This document shows positions 1 through 10,445 of a stretch of DNA of 64,000 nt, piece after piece (positions within the stretch are counted from its first letter, which is position 1; the number at the start of each line of letters is the position of its first letter). Position numbers and translations under genes: made by a program. The stretch spans positions 2,497 to 66,496 of the forward strand of contig JADBKO010000001.1 in the NCBI GenBank assembly GCA_014896355.1. Direction: 5' to 3'. The notes under the pieces were generated by a model that saw only the letters and a list, made by a program, of their open reading frames with translations, did no database searches and was not told where the DNA came from. The DNA comes from Bacillota bacterium (GTDB lineage Bacteria; Bacillota; UBA5301; Bu52).

Positions 1-1341
1 GCCCGTGTGGTCACCGCCTGTTCCTTGCCCGGCCGCTACCTGGTTCTGATGCCGTCCGTCAGCTATGTGGGGGTCTCGCGGCGCATCGAGGACCAGGCGG
101 AGCGCGAACGTCTGCGGAATCTGGCCGTGCGCATCAAACCGGCCTCCATGGGCGTCATCGTCCGCACGGTGGCAGAGGGCCGCAGCGAGCGGGACCTGCG
201 GCGAGACTTGCAGTATCTGCTCAAACTGTGGAACCGCATCCTGCACAAAGCCCGGCAGCTTCCGGCACCCTCCCTGCTGTACCGGGATTACGATCTGGTC
301 TACCGCTTGGTGCGCGACCTTTTCACCGAGGACGTGGATCGCATGTATGTGGATTCTCCGGAAGCCCTGGAGAAGGCGCGGGATGTCTTGCGTTCCCTGG
401 CGCCCAGGCTGCAGAACCGGGTTCAGCTCTACACCGGACAGGAGCCGATCTTCGAAGCCTTCGGCCTGGAGGCGGAGATCGACAAGGCGTTGCGGCGTAA
501 GGTTTGGCTTGATTGTGGCGGATATTTGGTCATCGACGAAACCGAGGCCCTGGTCAGCATCGATGTGAACACCGGCCGCTTCGTGGGCAACAAGGACCTT
601 TCGGATACGGTGCTGCGCACCAATCTGGAAGCGGCCCGGGAGATCGCCCGGCAGCTGCGGCTGCGCAACATGGCCGGCATCATCATTGTGGATTTCATCG
701 ACATGGACAGCCCTGAGGATCAGGCCCAGGTGCTGGCCACCCTTACGGAAGAGGTGCGCAAGGACCGGGTCAAGACCAATGTCGTGGGGTTCACCAGCTT
801 GGGGCTGGTGGAACTCACCCGTAAGAAAGTCAAACGTGACCTGATGGAAACCATGTTCAAACGCTGCCCTCTCTGCGAAGGCAGCGGACGGGTTCTTTCG
901 GAGGAGAGCCTGGCCATCCAGGCAGAGCGCAGGCTGCGAACTGCGGCGCAAGCCAGCGATACCGACGCGTTTTTGGTGCGGGCTTATCCTGACGTGGCGG
1001 CGCACCTCATCGGGCCGGGGGGCAGCAATCTGCGACGCCTGGAGGCGGAACTGGGGCGCACCTTGTTTGTAAAGGGCAGCGAAAGCCTGGGATACTACGA
1101 TGTGGACATCTTCGCCGGCCACAAGGACGAGGTGGAGGGGCGCGCCCTGCCGGTGAAACAGGGGCAGGTCATCGACCTGGAAGTCAGCGAGCCTCATCTA
1201 AGCAACCCCCGGGACGGAATCGCGCGCCTGGAAGGATATGTGGTGGATATCGAAGGCGCCGGAGCCATGGTGGGGCGCCAATTGAAGGTGGAGATCACGC
1301 GCGTGTTCCGCACCTACGCCAAGGCCCGGGTGGTGGGATGA
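1..1341 (+). CDS. rng: Rne/Rng family ribonuclease (5' partial) with C-terminal KH-like and TRAM domains
   Basis: Frame open from base 1; motifs IDVNTG, NLEAAREIARQLRLRNMAGIIIVDFIDM, CPLCEGSG Zn-link; C-terminal GIARLEGYVVDI...VEITRVFRTYAKA (TRAM-like). Confidence 0.93.
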   Translation, partial: ARVVTACSLPGRYLVLMPSVSYVGVSRRIEDQAERERLRNLAVRIKPASMGVIVRTVAEGRSERDLRRDLQYLLKLWNRILHKARQLPAPSLLYRDYDLVYRLVRDLFTEDVDRMYVDSPEALEKARDVLRSLAPRLQNRVQLYTGQEPIFEAFGLEAEIDKALRRKVWLDCGGYLVIDETEALVSIDVNTGRFVGNKDLSDTVLRTNLEAAREIARQLRLRNMAGIIIVDFIDMDSPEDQAQVLATLTEEVRKDRVKTNVVGFTSLGLVELTRKKVKRDLMETMFKRCPLCEGSGRVLSEESLAIQAERRLRTAAQASDTDAFLVRAYPDVAAHLIGPGGSNLRRLEAELGRTLFVKGSESLGYYDVDIFAGHKDEVEGRALPVKQGQVIDLEVSEPHLSNPRDGIARLEGYVVDIEGAGAMVGRQLKVEITRVFRTYAKARVVG

Positions 1342-1417
1342 AAGGGCCGAAAGGGCGGCACAGCCCCTGGGCGGCGGGGGGCTCGCCTGCCGTCGGGCAC
1401 TTCCGCGGGCCGGGCCA

Positions 1418-1447
1418 TTGACAGGCTGCGGGCGGGTGTGCTAGGCT
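1418..1447 (+). promoter_or_regulatory. sigmaA-type promoter for rplU operon
   Basis: TTGACA-N18-TAGGCT with extended TG; followed by a ~150 nt hairpin-rich leader (possible L21 leader). Confidence 0.6.
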
Positions 1448-1605
1448 TGACGAGTATTGTGGTTCGTTTTCCGCTCGGGGCGGGCGAGGGGAGAAAATCC
1501 GGACCCACATGCGGGCGTTGTGCGGCGACGGCGGGTGCCGGAACGGCAAGGGACCCGCTGGGGCCGGTGCCTGGACCCCGGCGTGACAGCAGGAGGTGCC
1601 GAACC

Positions 1606-1941
1606 ATGTACGCAGTCATCGAAAGTGGCGGCAAACAGTACCGGGTGACGGAAGGGCAGAGCCTACGGGTGGAGCGCCTGGAGGCAGAGCCCGGTGCCCA
1701 GGTGACGTTGGACCGGCTGCTGGTGTTGGGCGAGGGGGCCGACGTAAAGATCGGCACGCCCTACGTGGAAGGTGCCCGCGTCACCGCCCGCGTGTTGGAG
1801 CAAGGGAAGGGCCGCAAGATCCTGGTACTGCGCTACAAGCCCAAGAAGAACGAACGCCGCCGCCGGGGCCATCGCCAGCCTTATACGCGCATTTTGATCG
1901 AGAAGATCGAGGATGGTTCGGATCGAGTTTCACCGCAATGA
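1606..1941 (+). CDS. rplU: 50S ribosomal protein L21
   Basis: MYAVIESGGKQYRV...GHRQPYT; SD AGGAGG at 1591-1596. Confidence 0.97.
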   Translation: MYAVIESGGKQYRVTEGQSLRVERLEAEPGAQVTLDRLLVLGEGADVKIGTPYVEGARVTARVLEQGKGRKILVLRYKPKKNERRRRGHRQPYTRILIEKIEDGSDRVSPQ

Positions 1942-2374
1942 GACCAACGGGTCCATCCGGGGTTTTACGGTTTGTGGCCATGCAGGCGCCGGCAGCCGGG
2001 GCAATGACATCGTCTGTGCCGCGGTATCGGCCTTGACCCAAGCCTGTGTCCTGGGTCTGCAACGAGTTCTGCAGCTGCCGGGGGAGGCAGAGTGGCGCCA
2101 GGGGTGGCTCAGCTGCCGCTATGACGGCGGCGGAACCTCGCCGGCTGCGGGCCTGCCGGTGGCCGCGGATTCGCGGGATGCGGATTCGCCGGATACGGAA
2201 AGGCGGGAGTTTGCCGCCCAGGTCCTTTTCCGCACGCTGTTTGTGGCCCTCAGCGATTTGGCAGCCACGCACCCGCAGCATGTGCAGGTGACATGGGCAC
2301 CGCCAGGGTCCACGGGCTGCGGCGGTCGAACCAAACCGGAGGTTCCTCATGCGAGTCTGGATCAGGGGGAGTGA
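1913..2374 (+). CDS. prp: Ribosomal-processing cysteine protease Prp (YsxB)
   Basis: GHAG...DIVCAAVS catalytic motif; lies between rplU and rpmA. Confidence 0.9.
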   Translation: MVRIEFHRNETNGSIRGFTVCGHAGAGSRGNDIVCAAVSALTQACVLGLQRVLQLPGEAEWRQGWLSCRYDGGGTSPAAGLPVAADSRDADSPDTERREFAAQVLFRTLFVALSDLAATHPQHVQVTWAPPGSTGCGGRTKPEVPHASLDQGE

Positions 2375-2380
2375 GCGTGC

Positions 2381-2722
2381 ATGTACTTGCAGCATATGGA
2401 TCTGCAGTTGTTTGCGCACAAAAAAGGCCTGGGAAGCACGCGCAACGGCCGTGACAGTGTTTCCAAGCGCCTGGGAATCAAAAGCCACGACGGCCAGTGG
2501 GTCACTGCCGGCAGCATTTTGGTTCGCCAGCGGGGAACCCGCATTCATCCCGGGCAGAATGTAGGGATCGGCGGCGACGACACCCTTTTTGCCCGGACCG
2601 ACGGATACGTGAGCTATGTGCGGCACGGCAGGGACGGCAAGCGGGTTCATGTCCTGCCGGAGCGGCCGGCAGCCCGGGTGGAATCCGCAGCTGCTGGCCA
2701 GAGCGCAGCGGCCCGGGAGTGA
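2381..2722 (+). CDS. rpmA: 50S ribosomal protein L27 with Prp-cleaved N-terminal extension
   Basis: MDLQLF^[15 protein letters not shown]...[10 protein letters not shown]. Confidence 0.97.
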   Translation: MYLQHMDLQLFAHKKGLGSTRNGRDSVSKRLGIKSHDGQWVTAGSILVRQRGTRIHPGQNVGIGGDDTLFARTDGYVSYVRHGRDGKRVHVLPERPAARVESAAAGQSAAARE

Positions 2723-2752
2723 CGGTCTCTCCAATTCTGGAGCCTTCGCTGA

Positions 2753-4228
<1,476 letters not shown>

Positions 4229-4285
4229 CCCCGGCGGCCCGCGGACACCGTAAGTGGGTCCGAACTGCGTATTTTTTCTTGCCTA

Positions 4286-4312
4286 GAAGGAAATGGTAGT
4301 GCGCTGTCGAAG
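4286..4312 (+). promoter_or_regulatory. sigmaH-like promoter upstream of nadD
   Basis: GAAGGAAAT-N11-GTCGAAG (AGGA-N17-GAA spacing typical of sigmaH promoters). Confidence 0.5.
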
Positions 4313-4415
4313 TATCACATCGTGCGCGTTGCGCAGGGAGTGACCCGGCAGCCGCAATGTTCTCCAACCCTGCTTCGCTGGAACCCGGTTGGAAGGGTAT
4401 CTGAGGTGCACGCAT

Positions 4416-5051
4416 TTGCCGGATAGGATCGGAATCATGGGGGGGACATTCGACCCCATTCATTTTGGGCACCTGATCGCCGCCGAACTGGCCCGGACGC
4501 GTTTCACACTGGATTTGGTGATTTTCGTCCCTACCGGGGACCCGCCCCACAAGCGCTGCCGCCCTGTGTCCCCTGCGGAGCACCGCTATGCCATGGCTGT
4601 TCTGGCCACCGCCGATCATCCCTTGTTCCAAGTGTCCCGCCTCGAGATGGACCGGCCCGGCCCCAGTTTCTCTGTGGATACCCTGGAGGAAATCCGGCGC
4701 CGCCTGGGTCCCACCGTGGATCTTTATTTCATCACAGGTGCAGATGCCATCTCCGATATGCTGACCTGGAAAGATCCGCAGCGACTGGTGGATTTCTGCC
4801 ACTGGGTGGCGGTCTCCAGGCCGGGTTATTCCCTGCAGGATGTGGAAGCTAAACTTGGAGACTTCTACCGGCGGCACAGGGAGCGGTTTCATCTTTTGGA
4901 AGTGCCGGGCATCGCCATATCGTCTACGGACATCCGGGAGCGGGTCCGGAACGGCCAGTCCATTCGCTATTTCGTTCCGGAAGCGGTTCGTCTTTACATC
5001 CAAAAATATGCCCTCTATCAGGATGGTCAGATATCGCCGAAAGTGAGGTGA
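4416..5051 (+). CDS. nadD: Nicotinate-nucleotide adenylyltransferase
   Basis: GIMGGTFDPIHFGH, ITGADA, ISSTDIR; TTG start after GAGGTG. Confidence 0.95.
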   Translation: MPDRIGIMGGTFDPIHFGHLIAAELARTRFTLDLVIFVPTGDPPHKRCRPVSPAEHRYAMAVLATADHPLFQVSRLEMDRPGPSFSVDTLEEIRRRLGPTVDLYFITGADAISDMLTWKDPQRLVDFCHWVAVSRPGYSLQDVEAKLGDFYRRHRERFHLLEVPGIAISSTDIRERVRNGQSIRYFVPEAVRLYIQKYALYQDGQISPKVR

Positions 5052-5058
5052 ATGCACG

Positions 5059-5316
5059 ATGTCCACTACGCTGTATGTGGGGAATCTTCCTTGGTCCACA
5101 TCGGAGGAGGAACTCAGCCGGGTTTTTTCTGCACATGCGACAGTGAAATCCAGCCGTATCATCACGGACCGGGAGACCGGGCGTTCGCGCGGATTTGGCT
5201 TCGTCGAGGTGGATGACGACAACGTCGAAGAGATTATCCAGCAGCTCAACGGCACCGAGATCGGCGGACGGCAAATCGTGGTGAACGAGGCCCGGCCCCG
5301 CCAGCCCCGGTTTTAA
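5059..5316 (+). CDS. RRM (RNP-1) RNA-binding protein
   Basis: LYVGNL (RNP2) and RGFGFVE (RNP1); VNEAR. Confidence 0.93.
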   Translation: MSTTLYVGNLPWSTSEEELSRVFSAHATVKSSRIITDRETGRSRGFGFVEVDDDNVEEIIQQLNGTEIGGRQIVVNEARPRQPRF

Positions 5317-5413
5317 GGGGTAAGGGGGCCTGCTCCTGCGCGCCGCTGCCGTCCCGGTGGGGTTAGGTACCCGGCGTCCGGGGCTGGGGCCTGGTCGAAG
5401 CGAAGTTTCCCAG

Positions 5414-5448
5414 ACAAAGCGGGGAGGTTGTCCGCCTCCCCGCTTTGT
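5414..5448. terminator. Hairpin / probable intrinsic terminator
   Basis: 14-bp perfect inverted repeat acaaagcggggagg / cctccccgctttgt. Confidence 0.65.
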
Positions 5449-5470
5449 AATATCGCAGCATCCCCCACGG

Positions 5471-5499
5471 TTGCTGAAAGGACGGGTTTTTGTTATAGT
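5471..5499 (+). promoter_or_regulatory. sigmaA-type promoter for LCP gene
   Basis: TTGCTG-N17-TATAGT with extended TG. Confidence 0.55.
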
Positions 5500-5536
5500 A
5501 GCAACGAGATACGGATGCTGTGGGGGCGACATCAGG

Positions 5537-6985
5537 ATGCAGGTTTCGGACCCTGCTCCGGGGCAGGAACCCACTGCCGCCCGTCCAGTGCAACAAGGCG
5601 GCGGCAAGGGGGAAAACGGTAAGGGCCCGGTGCCGCGGCGCAGGTGGCGGCGGTACGTGGCTTGGGCAGCGGTGGCCGTTTTTGCGCTCTTGGTGGTGGG
5701 GGCTTCGGCTCTATATGTGCTCTATGCGGGCGTGCCTGGCCAGCCTGCCTTGGACCAGCCCGTCAGTGTTTTACTGATGGGTTCCGACCAGCGTTTTGGT
5801 GACCTGGGACGGACGGACACCATGATGCTGGTGACCTTGAGCCCACCGGCGCAGAAGGTCACCATCGTCTCCCTGCCCAGGGATACCCGGGTCCGGTTGC
5901 CTGGCTACCCGGGTTGGCACAAGATCAACGAGGCCAACGGCGTAGGAGGTCCGCGTTTCGCCTGCCAGGTCGTGGGCGACCTCTTGGGGGTGCCTGTCCA
6001 GCATTACGTCATCATCGACTTTCAGGGTTTCGAGAAGGTCATTGACGAGCTGGGCGGTGTGACGGTGGACGTGCCGGTGGCCATGAATTATGATGATAAT
6101 GCCCAGGATTTGCACATCCACCTGCAGCCGGGCCGGCAGCATCTCGATGGGCGGCAGGCGCTGGGGTTCGTCCGGTACAGGGCCGATGGCCTGGGAGACG
6201 TGTCCTACGATCCTCAGACGGGCACGTACGATGGGCGCATTCAGCGGCAACAGGCCTTCGCCCGGGCCCTGGCCAACCAGGTCCTCCGGCCGCAGACGGT
6301 GGCGAAGTTGCCGGAGCTCCTGCGGAGTTTGCAGTCGGTGGCGCGCACGGACATCCGCTTCAGTGAAATGGTCCGTTATGCAGGGTTCATCCAGCAGCTG
6401 GGGCCGGGGGCTCTACAGACGGCGGTGGTCCCGGGTTCCGGCGAGACCCTGGGCGGGGTCAGTTACTGGGTCTTGGATGAAAGCCGCCTCGAGGTCTTGC
6501 GGCAGCAGATGGGGCAGACAGTCCGTCCCGCTGTTGCGTCGTCAGAGCGGCCGTCCCAACCCGTGCCTTCAGCCACGTTCGCCAAGCCCGGCGGCCCGCC
6601 GGTCACTACCCGGTTAGGGCTGTTGCAGCGGGCTGTGCAGTCTGTGGGCCAGCGGGTTTTGCAGTGGAAACAGGCGCGCCTGCAGGCGGAGGAACAGGGC
6701 AAACCCCTGAGCGACGTCAACGTGGAAGTGCTGAACGGTACCGGCAAACCCGGGATGGCCAGCAAGGTGGCGGGGCTGTTACGGCAGCAGGGCGCCCGTG
6801 TTGCTTACGTGGGAAATGCCGATGCGTTCAACTATCCGCAGACCTTGGCCGTGGACAACGGGGGTGCAGCGGTGCAGGCACGCAAGGTGGCGGCCGTGAT
6901 CCACGGTCGGGTCGTGTCCGGGCCTCGCGGCACGTTGACACGGGCGAAGGTCACGGTTGTGGTGGGAGCCGACTTCCGCGACTAA
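5537..6985 (+). CDS. LCP family cell-wall polymer ligase with LytR C-terminal domain
   Basis: N-terminal TM; GRTDTMML, SLPRDT, FVRYR, RIQRQQ; C-terminal VEVLNGTGKPGMA...VVVGAD. Confidence 0.92.
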   Translation: MQVSDPAPGQEPTAARPVQQGGGKGENGKGPVPRRRWRRYVAWAAVAVFALLVVGASALYVLYAGVPGQPALDQPVSVLLMGSDQRFGDLGRTDTMMLVTLSPPAQKVTIVSLPRDTRVRLPGYPGWHKINEANGVGGPRFACQVVGDLLGVPVQHYVIIDFQGFEKVIDELGGVTVDVPVAMNYDDNAQDLHIHLQPGRQHLDGRQALGFVRYRADGLGDVSYDPQTGTYDGRIQRQQAFARALANQVLRPQTVAKLPELLRSLQSVARTDIRFSEMVRYAGFIQQLGPGALQTAVVPGSGETLGGVSYWVLDESRLEVLRQQMGQTVRPAVASSERPSQPVPSATFAKPGGPPVTTRLGLLQRAVQSVGQRVLQWKQARLQAEEQGKPLSDVNVEVLNGTGKPGMASKVAGLLRQQGARVAYVGNADAFNYPQTLAVDNGGAAVQARKVAAVIHGRVVSGPRGTLTRAKVTVVVGADFRD

Positions 6986-7110
6986 GTTTCGCGATCAGAG
7001 CCGGCGCGGGTATTCCTGGAGGATCCGGGAATACTAGGCTGGCGATCTCCCAGGCCTCTCCGGTGCGCCGGCGGCAGATTGTGAATCAAAACAACGGGAG
7101 GTAAGCCCCT

Positions 7111-7500
7111 TTGGAGCCACGGGAACTGGCTGAAATTCTGGCGGCGGCGGCGGTGGAACGGCGCGGGATAGATGTGGTCCTTTTGGCCGTGGGGGAGTTC
7201 ACCCCCGTGGCCGACTATTTTGTCATCGTCTCCGGCTCCAACGCACCTCATTTGCAGGCCTTAGCTCAGCACATCGAGGAGAAAGCCAGCCAGAATGGGG
7301 TCCGCCTGTTGCACCGGGAGGGCGGTCCTGCCGGCCGCTGGATTCTGCTGGACTACGGGTCGGTGGTGGTTCATATCATGCACGAGCGGGAGCGCAGATA
7401 CTACGATCTGGAGCAACTCTGGGGGGACGCAGAGAAAACCGTGGTCACAGCTCCCTCAGTGGCGCAAACAGGACTTGACACAGGTCAGCCGTCCATGTAA
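7111..7500 (+). CDS. rsfS: Ribosome silencing factor
   Basis: ADYFVIVSG, WILLDYGSVVVHIM, YYDLEQLW; TTG start after GGAGGT. Confidence 0.95.
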   Translation: MEPRELAEILAAAAVERRGIDVVLLAVGEFTPVADYFVIVSGSNAPHLQALAQHIEEKASQNGVRLLHREGGPAGRWILLDYGSVVVHIMHERERRYYDLEQLWGDAEKTVVTAPSVAQTGLDTGQPSM

Positions 7501-7503
7501 AAT
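7475..7503 (+). promoter_or_regulatory. sigmaA promoter for tRNA-Ala, embedded in the rsfS 3' end
   Basis: TTGACA-N17-TAAAAT; the -10 box includes the rsfS TAA stop codon. Confidence 0.75.
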
Positions 7504-7575
7504 ACCTTGTGTCGCAGGCGACGGCGCAGTGGTTGTTCCGTCCAGGTCGTGCCGGCGGCGAAAACGGGAATATGT

Positions 7576-7651
<76 letters not shown>

Positions 7652-7656
7652 TCCGT

Positions 7657-7693
7657 AAAGCCCTTCGCGATTTGTAATCGCGAAAGGCTTTTT
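7657..7693 (+). terminator. Intrinsic terminator after tRNA-Ala
   Basis: aaagcccttcgcgat..atcgcgaaaggcttttt hairpin with T tract. Confidence 0.85.
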
Positions 7694-7725
7694 GTCTGTT
7701 TGGGCGCTTCCGCGGCAGCGCGGGT

Positions 7726-7755
7726 TTGACGGCGCACCCTTCGCTGCCATATACT
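7726..7755 (+). promoter_or_regulatory. Promoter for phasin-like/ABC1 kinase genes
   Basis: TTGACG-N18-TATACT (sigmaA); the same bases also fit sigmaK-like AC-N17-CATATACT. Confidence 0.5.
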
Positions 7756-7774
7756 TAGGGCAAGACGGGGAGGG

Positions 7775-8083
7775 ATGATCATGCTGGCAAATGTGATCCG
7801 GCGCAGCACCCTGATCAGCCTGGGCTTGGCAAAAATGGGTTGTGACCAGTTGGCCCGTTTCGTCCAGACTGCTGCTTCCCGCGGCGAGCAGACCGAGGAA
7901 GAATGGAAAAAGCGTTGGCAAAGGCTAAGCGCAGATAGCGAAGCCCAGGGGCAGCAGGTGCTGGAATCCGTGCGCAACGGCGTGGAAGACGCCGTGCGCC
8001 GCTTGGGCTTGGTTACCCGCAAGGATCTGGATGATCTGGAACGGCGCTTGAGGAACCAGGAAGGCTCCGCGGCCCAGGATTGA
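7775..8083 (+). CDS. Phasin-like (PhaF/PhaI-type) small coiled-coil protein
   Basis: Hydrophobic LISLGLA start; C-terminal RRLGLVTRKDLDDLERRL motif; its stop overlaps the leader of the kinase gene. Confidence 0.7.
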   Translation: MIMLANVIRRSTLISLGLAKMGCDQLARFVQTAASRGEQTEEEWKKRWQRLSADSEAQGQQVLESVRNGVEDAVRRLGLVTRKDLDDLERRLRNQEGSAAQD

Positions 8084-8116
8084 GGGAAAGTCTTGCAGCC
8101 GTGATGGGGGGATCCC

Positions 8117-9799
8117 GTGCGGCCAACTCGTCTTCGGCATGTCCGCAGGTTTCGGCAGATCGTGGAGGTTCTGGGCCGGCACGGGCTGGGATTCCTGGTG
8201 GAACAACTGGGGTTGGGCGAGTTTCTCTCGTGGCCCCAGAGGCTGTTTCGCCGACGCCGGGCCCGGCAAGGCGCAGCGGCCCTTCCGGAAGCCAGCCCGT
8301 GGGGGCGGGTCCTACTGGTTCTGGAGGACCTGGGCCCCACTTTCGTAAAATTGGGGCAGATTCTCAGCACCCGGCCGGATCTGGTCCCTGCTGAACTGGC
8401 TCGGGAGCTGGGAAGGCTTCAGGATAAGGTGCCACCTTTTCCGGCCGCCTTGGCCTGCCAGACGGTGGAACGCGAACTGGGCCGCCCCATGCCGGAGCTC
8501 TTCTCGCGCTTCGATCCGGAGCCCCTGGCCGCCGCCTCCATTGGACAGGTTCATCGTGCCTCCTTGCCGGACGGCCGGGAGGTCATTGTCAAGATCCAGC
8601 GGCCTGGCATCGAGCCCATCATCCGGGCGGACCTGGACATCCTGGCGGAGATCGCGGATCTGCTGGACCAGCGGACCAGCCTGGGGCAGTATTACGACCT
8701 GCCGGGGCTGATGGAAGAGTTCGGAACGTACCTGCGCGAAGAACTGGACTACAGCCACGAAGCCAGAAATGCGCAGCAGATGGCGCAACGTTTCGCCGGC
8801 GACCCTACCGTTGTCATTCCCGCCGTGGTGAGCCCCTACAGCACGGCCCGAGTGTTGACCCTCCAATATGTCCCCGGAATCAAAATCGACGATTTCGGCC
8901 GGTTGGACCAGGCAGGATACGACCGCAGCCTGATTGCGCGCCGCCTTCTGGAGAGCTACCTGAAGCAGATCCTGCAGCACGGCTATTTTCATGGAGACCC
9001 CCATCCCGGCAATCTGGCGGTGAGCCCGGAACAGGCCATCATATTCATGGATTTCGGCCTGATGGGCCGGTTGAGCCCACGGCAGCGGCAATATCTGGCA
9101 GCCTTGGGACTGGCGGTGGTCCGCCGGGATGCCGCCGGCATCGTGCGGGGAATGCAGGATGTGGGGGTGGTGCGTGGGCCTTTGAATACGGACGCTTTGG
9201 AGTTTGAAGTCGAGAGGATCCTATCGCGTTATTATCACCTGCCCATGAAGGAGTTCAAGGTCGGCGAGGCGTTCCAGTTAGTCATGGGCTTGGCCTACCG
9301 CTTCCATATCCGCATACCCGGCGATTTCGCCATTCTCGGGAAAACCCTCGTGGCTCTGGAAGGGTTGGTCCGCCGCCTGGACCCGGAGCTAGACCTGGTG
9401 GAGGTGGTCCAGCCTTACGCGCTACAGCTTTGGCGCCAGAGATTCCGCCCCTCCCGGATCGAGGAGGAGGCCGTCCGGCACTGGGACGACTATGCCCGGT
9501 TGGCCCGGGTGGCGCCGGCCAGGCTACGGCAGGTGCTGGACCAGGCGGCGGAGGGACACCTGCAGGTACAGTTCCGCCTGGCACAGCTGGAGCGCATGAC
9601 GGGAGCATTCGCCACGGCCCTCAACCGTTTGGCTGTGGCCGTGGTTTTAGCTGGGCTGTTGATCGGTACCTCGTTGGTGATCTCCAACCACCCCCAGTCC
9701 ATCCTACAGCGCCTCCCCTTGGGGGAGCTGGGTTTCGCGGCCGGCGTCTTGGCCGGCGTCTGGCTCCTCATCTCCATTTTGCGGACCGGCTGGTTCTAG
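8117..9799 (+). CDS. AarF/ABC1/UbiB family atypical kinase
   Basis: LGPTFVKLGQ (KxGQ), PLAAASIGQVH, VKIQRP, FHGDPHPGN, DFG; two C-terminal TM helices. Confidence 0.94.
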   Translation: MRPTRLRHVRRFRQIVEVLGRHGLGFLVEQLGLGEFLSWPQRLFRRRRARQGAAALPEASPWGRVLLVLEDLGPTFVKLGQILSTRPDLVPAELARELGRLQDKVPPFPAALACQTVERELGRPMPELFSRFDPEPLAAASIGQVHRASLPDGREVIVKIQRPGIEPIIRADLDILAEIADLLDQRTSLGQYYDLPGLMEEFGTYLREELDYSHEARNAQQMAQRFAGDPTVVIPAVVSPYSTARVLTLQYVPGIKIDDFGRLDQAGYDRSLIARRLLESYLKQILQHGYFHGDPHPGNLAVSPEQAIIFMDFGLMGRLSPRQRQYLAALGLAVVRRDAAGIVRGMQDVGVVRGPLNTDALEFEVERILSRYYHLPMKEFKVGEAFQLVMGLAYRFHIRIPGDFAILGKTLVALEGLVRRLDPELDLVEVVQPYALQLWRQRFRPSRIEEEAVRHWDDYARLARVAPARLRQVLDQAAEGHLQVQFRLAQLERMTGAFATALNRLAVAVVLAGLLIGTSLVISNHPQSILQRLPLGELGFAAGVLAGVWLLISILRTGWF

Positions 9800-9835
9800 G
9801 GAAAGAGATCATTTTCACATTTCTATATTAGTTAC

Positions 9836-9864
9836 TTTACAAACCCCTCAGGGCGAATTATAAT
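9836..9864 (+). promoter_or_regulatory. Near-consensus sigmaA promoter with AT-rich upstream element
   Basis: TTTACA-N17-TATAAT. Confidence 0.75.
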
Positions 9865-9923
9865 ATCGCCAGCAAGTGGAAAAACTGAGAAGGCAAAACC
9901 ATCCAAACGAGGGGGATCGAGCC

Positions 9924-10355
9924 GTGGAAGTACGTTACTTCACAGCGGCGGAAGTAAACCGCTTGATCCCGGACCTGGAGGATATCATCAGCCATCTCCG
10001 GCTCCTGAAGGAGCGGGTGGAGCAAGAATTGGTGGAGTTGCGGGAATTGCGTGCCCGAATGGGCGGCAACAGCGATTTCTTTGCCCAGGAGGCAGCCATT
10101 GATTTCCTGACCCTGCAGGCCAGGGGCCATATTCTTCACATTCAGTCCCTGGGTGGGCAGCTAAAGGATGTGGACAAGGGGCTGGTGGATTTCCCGGCCC
10201 AGATCGGCGGGCAGGAGGCCATGCTTTGCTGGGCCTTCGGAGAGCCGGAGGTCCGCTTTTGGCACCGGGCCAACGAAGGGTTTTCCCAGCGTAAACCGCT
10301 GGCGCCAGGCGCGGAGGAAGGAGGAGGCGCCGCCGGGTCGCCGGCGGACAGGTGA
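9924..10355 (+). CDS. DUF2203 family protein
   Basis: RYFTAAEVNRLIP...KDVDKGLVDFP..LCWAFGEPEVRFWH..EGFSQRKPL; GTG after GAGGGGG. Confidence 0.85.
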   Translation: MEVRYFTAAEVNRLIPDLEDIISHLRLLKERVEQELVELRELRARMGGNSDFFAQEAAIDFLTLQARGHILHIQSLGGQLKDVDKGLVDFPAQIGGQEAMLCWAFGEPEVRFWHRANEGFSQRKPLAPGAEEGGGAAGSPADR

Positions 10356-10372
10356 ACGGCTTGGAAGACCCC

Positions 10373-10401
10373 TTGTGCAGCCTCCTGTCCCATGCTAGAA
10401 T
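10373..10401 (+). promoter_or_regulatory. sigmaA promoter for T-box/leuS
   Basis: TTGTGC-N17-TAGAAT with extended TG. Confidence 0.65.
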
Positions 10402-10445
10402 AAATGAAAACGCATAGTCCGGGTATTCCGGTGTAGCCCGGACTG

